Source: Laetmonice hystrix
Lineage: Eukaryota
Length of the DNA stretch: 64,000 nucleotides
Assembly: GCA_965235115.1 (NCBI GenBank)
Contig: OZ249436.1
Coordinates: 7,504,001 to 7,568,000 of the forward strand
Direction: 5' to 3'
Shown: in pieces, positions 60,201 through 64,000 of the stretch
How the letters are laid out: every line of letters begins with the position of its first letter
Position numbering within the stretch: the first letter of the stretch is position 1
Position numbers and translations under genes: made by a program
Notes under the pieces: generated by a model
The model's input: the letters and a program-made list of their open reading frames with translations, nothing else
The model's database searches: none
What the model was told of the DNA's origin: nothing

Positions 60201-63200
60201 TAATTACGACAACGACATAGCTTACGACTTATTATGTCGTTATTACGACATAGCCATGTCGTCACTCAGTATGATTCAGTACCGTATGTCGTTATTTTCT
60301 CCAGTCTGAGGCCAGTCAATACATGAACAGAGCCCTCACTGTAGTGTTTGCTCGAGTATATATGGCCGGTCAATATATGTAGAGAGCCCTTACTGTATAG
60401 TGTTTGCTCGAGTATAAGGCGAGTCGGCCCATGTGGGCAGCCCTCAACGTAGTGTTTGCTCCAGTCTAAGGCCAGCCAATAGATATAGAGCACCCTCACT
60501 GTAGTGTTTGCTCGAGTATAAGGCCTCGAGTATAAGGCCAGACAGTACATGTTGGGAGCCGTCACTGTAATGTTTCCTGGACTATAACGCCAGTCAGTCC
60601 ATGTGGGCAACCCTCACTGTAGTGTTTGCTCCAGTCTGAGGCAGTCGATACATGTAGGGGGTCCTCAATGTAGTGTTTGCTCGAGTATAAGGCCAGTCAG
60701 TCCATGTGGGCAGCCCTCACTGTATATATAGTGTTTGCTGCAGTCTGAGGCCAGTCAATACATGTAGAGAGCCCTCACTGTAGTGTTTGCTCGAGTATAA
60801 GGCCAGTTAATATATGTATAGAGAGCCCTCACTGTAGTGTTTGCTCCAGCCCAAGGGCATTCAATACATGCAGGGAGCCCTCACTGTAGTGTTTGCTCGA
60901 GTGTAAGGCCAGTCAATACATGCAGGGAACCCTCACTATAGTGTGTGCTCGAGTATAAGGCCAGACAGTTCATGTGGGCAGCTCTCACTGTACTGTTGAA
61001 GTTGATACCTCAAAAGCTGACTACCTTGGGCTCGAATCTGTTTTGCTGAAGACGCGCTCAATGGTATAACATAGGAATTGCTATTCCAATGAAAAAGGGA
61101 CCTAGATCACAGACCAATCACCACAACGTCTTTATTTTCACAGCAAATGTTCACCTCTAGGCCTGGTACGAGATAACAAAAGCTCCATTTGATAGGTCAA
61201 TCGGTTGCCAGGTTGGACTGCAATCTGTTATGCTGAGATGATGATGATGAAAGATCATAAGCTTGTTCCCGGCTCCCTCGCTAGGTGGCTCTGTCGAGTC
61301 GACCACAGAGCCACCTAGTGAGGGAGCCGGGGACTCAGTATGTCGTAATTACGACAACGACATAGCTTACGACTTATTATGTCGTTATTACGACATAGCC
61401 ATGTCGTCACTCAGTATGATTCAGTACCGTATGTCGTTATTTTCTCCAGTCTGAGGCCAGTCAATACATGAACAGAGCCCTCACTGTAGTGTTTGCTCGA
61501 GTATATATGGCCGGTCAATATATGTAGAGAGCCCTTACTGTATAGTGTTTGCTCGAGTGTAAGGCCAGTCTCTACATGTGGGGAACCCTCACTATAGTGT
61601 GTGCTCGAGTATAAGGCCAGACAGTCCATGTGGGCAGCCCTCACTGTACATTTGAAGTTGATACCTCAAAAGCTGACTAACTTGGGCTGGAATCTGTTTG
61701 GTGAAGACGCGCTTAATGGTATAACATAGGAATTGCTATTTTTTTTGGTTCTAGACTATTATTCTGATACCATACCTTGGGTAACCCGACATTTCAGAAT
61801 TCCGCTCCTCCCTAAAGGGATGTTTTTCAACATTTTACACGGCAATTGAAAAGACTGTGTCTCACTTGGCACAAGTCGTATGTTAGGGGGTTTTGAAAAA
61901 TGGCAAGTAGGCCTATTTCTTTATTATTGGTCGCATCTGAGCGAATCAACCACCAAATTGAAGCAGAAGAGTTACTCTTTCCATAGGCCTACCAATTACT
62001 ACATTGTCCTGATTTTGCCAAATCGGTGAGTTATCGCCCTATTTGTGAGTGTATGTTTTTTTTTTCACTCACTCTGTAAGTAGGCCTACTAAGTCGTTTT
62101 TTATTGCTTCATGATAGGTCTAAGAAATCTTAATATTTTCCATCTTCAACATACTTTTCTCTTTTTGAACAGATGGTTGCTGCGAAATTCTGGGATACGG
62201 GTCACAATGCGCAATTCTCGTGGTGAAAGCTGCGCTCACGTGGCCGCGAAGTACGGTCACGTGGCATGCCTGCGTCTAATCCTATTTCACGGGAGAGTTC
62301 GACCTGGAGTTGTTGTCAGGGATAACAATCGGCACGGAATGTCGGTCGTCCACTTGGCTGTTGTCGGCGGGCATCACGGCACTGTTGTTTGGCTCACCAA
62401 TACCTTTGGTAAAAATGTGGGTCTCCTCCGGAACGGTCAGGGACAGACTGCGCTGCATTTGGCAGCAGCAGGAGGTAAAATGTCCTTCAATAATTTTGTA
62501 TGAGGGATATTAGGCTAATTACAGAAAAAATACTCAATATCCACATTTTATTCCGGATTTTCTTTTGTAGCACCCTGCAGCAAAAGTGGAATAAGTGAAA
62601 AGCATGTTATTTGTTCGGATAGGCCTATTTCAACTCGGATGAACAGGGATAACTTTTTTTTAGGCCAGGTTTTCCAACTTCTTTTACAGTTAGAAAATAT
62701 TCGAGCAGACGTGACTCATATATTGGTCTGTGTCTATAGATGTCTACCTCTTCAAGTTCCTGTTTGCTGTGATGCACTGACGTGGGGATTAGAGCTCTAG
62801 TGCGTGCGATTTTGCTTGACACGCATCATACAAGTTACCTATAGGCCTCGACCAGGCTAAAACAGTTTCCTATCTACCTATAGGGCGTCTAAAATGTACG
62901 GAGGCTCTCTGTTGGCTTGGTCCCGATGTCGTTAACGCAACGGATGACGTAGGTATGTCGGCCCTACCTACCTATCAAGAATCCGGGGATACATGGGCCT
63001 AAAGGTCTAGATCTAGATCTATAGGCCTAGGCCAATATGATAAGGTGTAGAAGTTTAAATAGATTCCACACAAGTTTCCATTGTCCAAAATGTCATCATA
63101 ATACTATATAATATTGTGTAGGCCCATGTATGGTTAATCTGACTTTCTATAGGATGCACTGCAGTCTATTACGCCTCTCAAGAGGGCCGGGCCATGACGT

Positions 63201-63635
63201 TACGCCATCTGGTGGATATCGCAAGGTCAAACCTTCATGTCAACACAAAGGACGGCCTGACCCCTCTTCATGTTGGATACATTGAATTTCTTTAACAATT
63301 ACCAAAATCTATTGAAACAATAAATAGGCTGACCACATAATAATGTAATATAGGCCCATTAGGCTACTCTTATAGCAGGGATAGACCTATGGCATTTTGT
63401 CTATCGAGGCCTAAACGTTTGTAGGCTAGTTGTGGCTTTTTCGTATTTGAATAAATGTGATTGCCTGTTAATGCCACGGTATCAATTTTGATGGAACCCG
63501 ATTTAATTGATTGTCAGGCAGCTGCACAGACAGGAAGGGTTGACATTGTCCATTTCCTTTTGCGAAAAGTGCGGGGAACCGACAATCTGCGTAGGTGGAC
63601 AAAAGACGGAGCTACAGTGTTCCACATGGCTGCAG
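57286..63635 (+). CDS. Espin/forked-like ankyrin-repeat protein, multi-exon, 3' partial
   Basis: Phase-compatible exons 57286-57479, 62173-62474, 62884-62952, 63153-63271, 63518-63635. Ankyrin motifs GNTPLHLAA, GESCAHVAAKYGH, GQTALHLAAAGG, GCTAVYYASQEG, DGLTPLHAAAQTG, DGATVFHMAA resemble the espin N-terminus. The 63271 donor (GTTGGA) is weak. Confidence 0.8.
58430..61650. repeat. About 52-bp satellite array with interspersed inserts and a higher-order duplication, in intron 1 of the ankyrin gene
   Basis: Unit gagccctcactgtagtgtttgctcgagtataaggccagtcaatacatgtaga in diverged copies; 59584-60413 is repeated at 60729-61558 (offset 1145). Confidence 0.9.
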
Positions 63636-64000
63636 GTATTTCTGATGCCATCAGCCTAGCTGGAAGCCTAGCAACTCTGATGTAGGCCCACGTAAAGACC
63701 TAGAGTATAGCGTGGTGCATGGCGCACCCCGGGGTAAGACGCCCGGCGGCATATCTCGCTTATAATTGCTGAACGTTGCTGCCACCTAGTGTTTTCTAGA
63801 AGTTTTACGCGCGACCGGAAGCCGTCCTATCCGACTAGCTACGCTAAGCCAGTTTCCCGGGGACTAGATCAAAATGATGTTTTTGCCCCTTTTTGAGTAA
63901 GGTCCGAAATTCACACATTTATCTGAAAAAGGGAGAGGATGTTGAATCCATGAAAAACTACCAACCGGATATAGTTCATATAGGCCTAGTGCTATACTGT

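Noticed and set aside
60118..60309. Identical 63-aa ORFs at 60118 and 61263
   Set aside because: They arise from the 1145-bp duplication and span a hairpin and short repeats; non-ATG start and no coding signal.

Overview
Eukaryotic (invertebrate animal) genomic DNA with GT-AG introns and many MITEs. Genes, left to right: (1) a multi-exon MGRN1/RNF157-type RING E3 ligase whose first exon lies outside the window; (2) a multi-exon gene that splices into signal peptide + Cys/beta-rich domain + about 345-aa collagen helix + chitin-binding (CBM14-like) domain + transmembrane helix + short tail; (3) a single-exon class A peptide GPCR on the minus strand; (4) MFSD13A/TMEM180; (5) a GT31 beta-1,3-galactosyltransferase; (6) the 5' part of an espin-like ankyrin gene with a 52-bp satellite in intron 1. 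The main accessory feature is a 10.1-kb Ty3/Gypsy LTR element (20105-30229) nested in a Tc1/mariner MITE. It has apparently identical 2449-bp LTRs, a GTGT target-site duplication, a tRNA-Leu PBS, an intact gag and a -1 frameshifted protease, but no RT, RNase H or integrase. Each LTR carries 11 copies of a hairpin motif with compensatory substitutions. Other notable signals: a UGA-CGG readthrough-like acidic extension on MGRN1 and a 39-nt copy of GPCR coding sequence in a collagen-gene intron. All exon models and alignments were made by eye.
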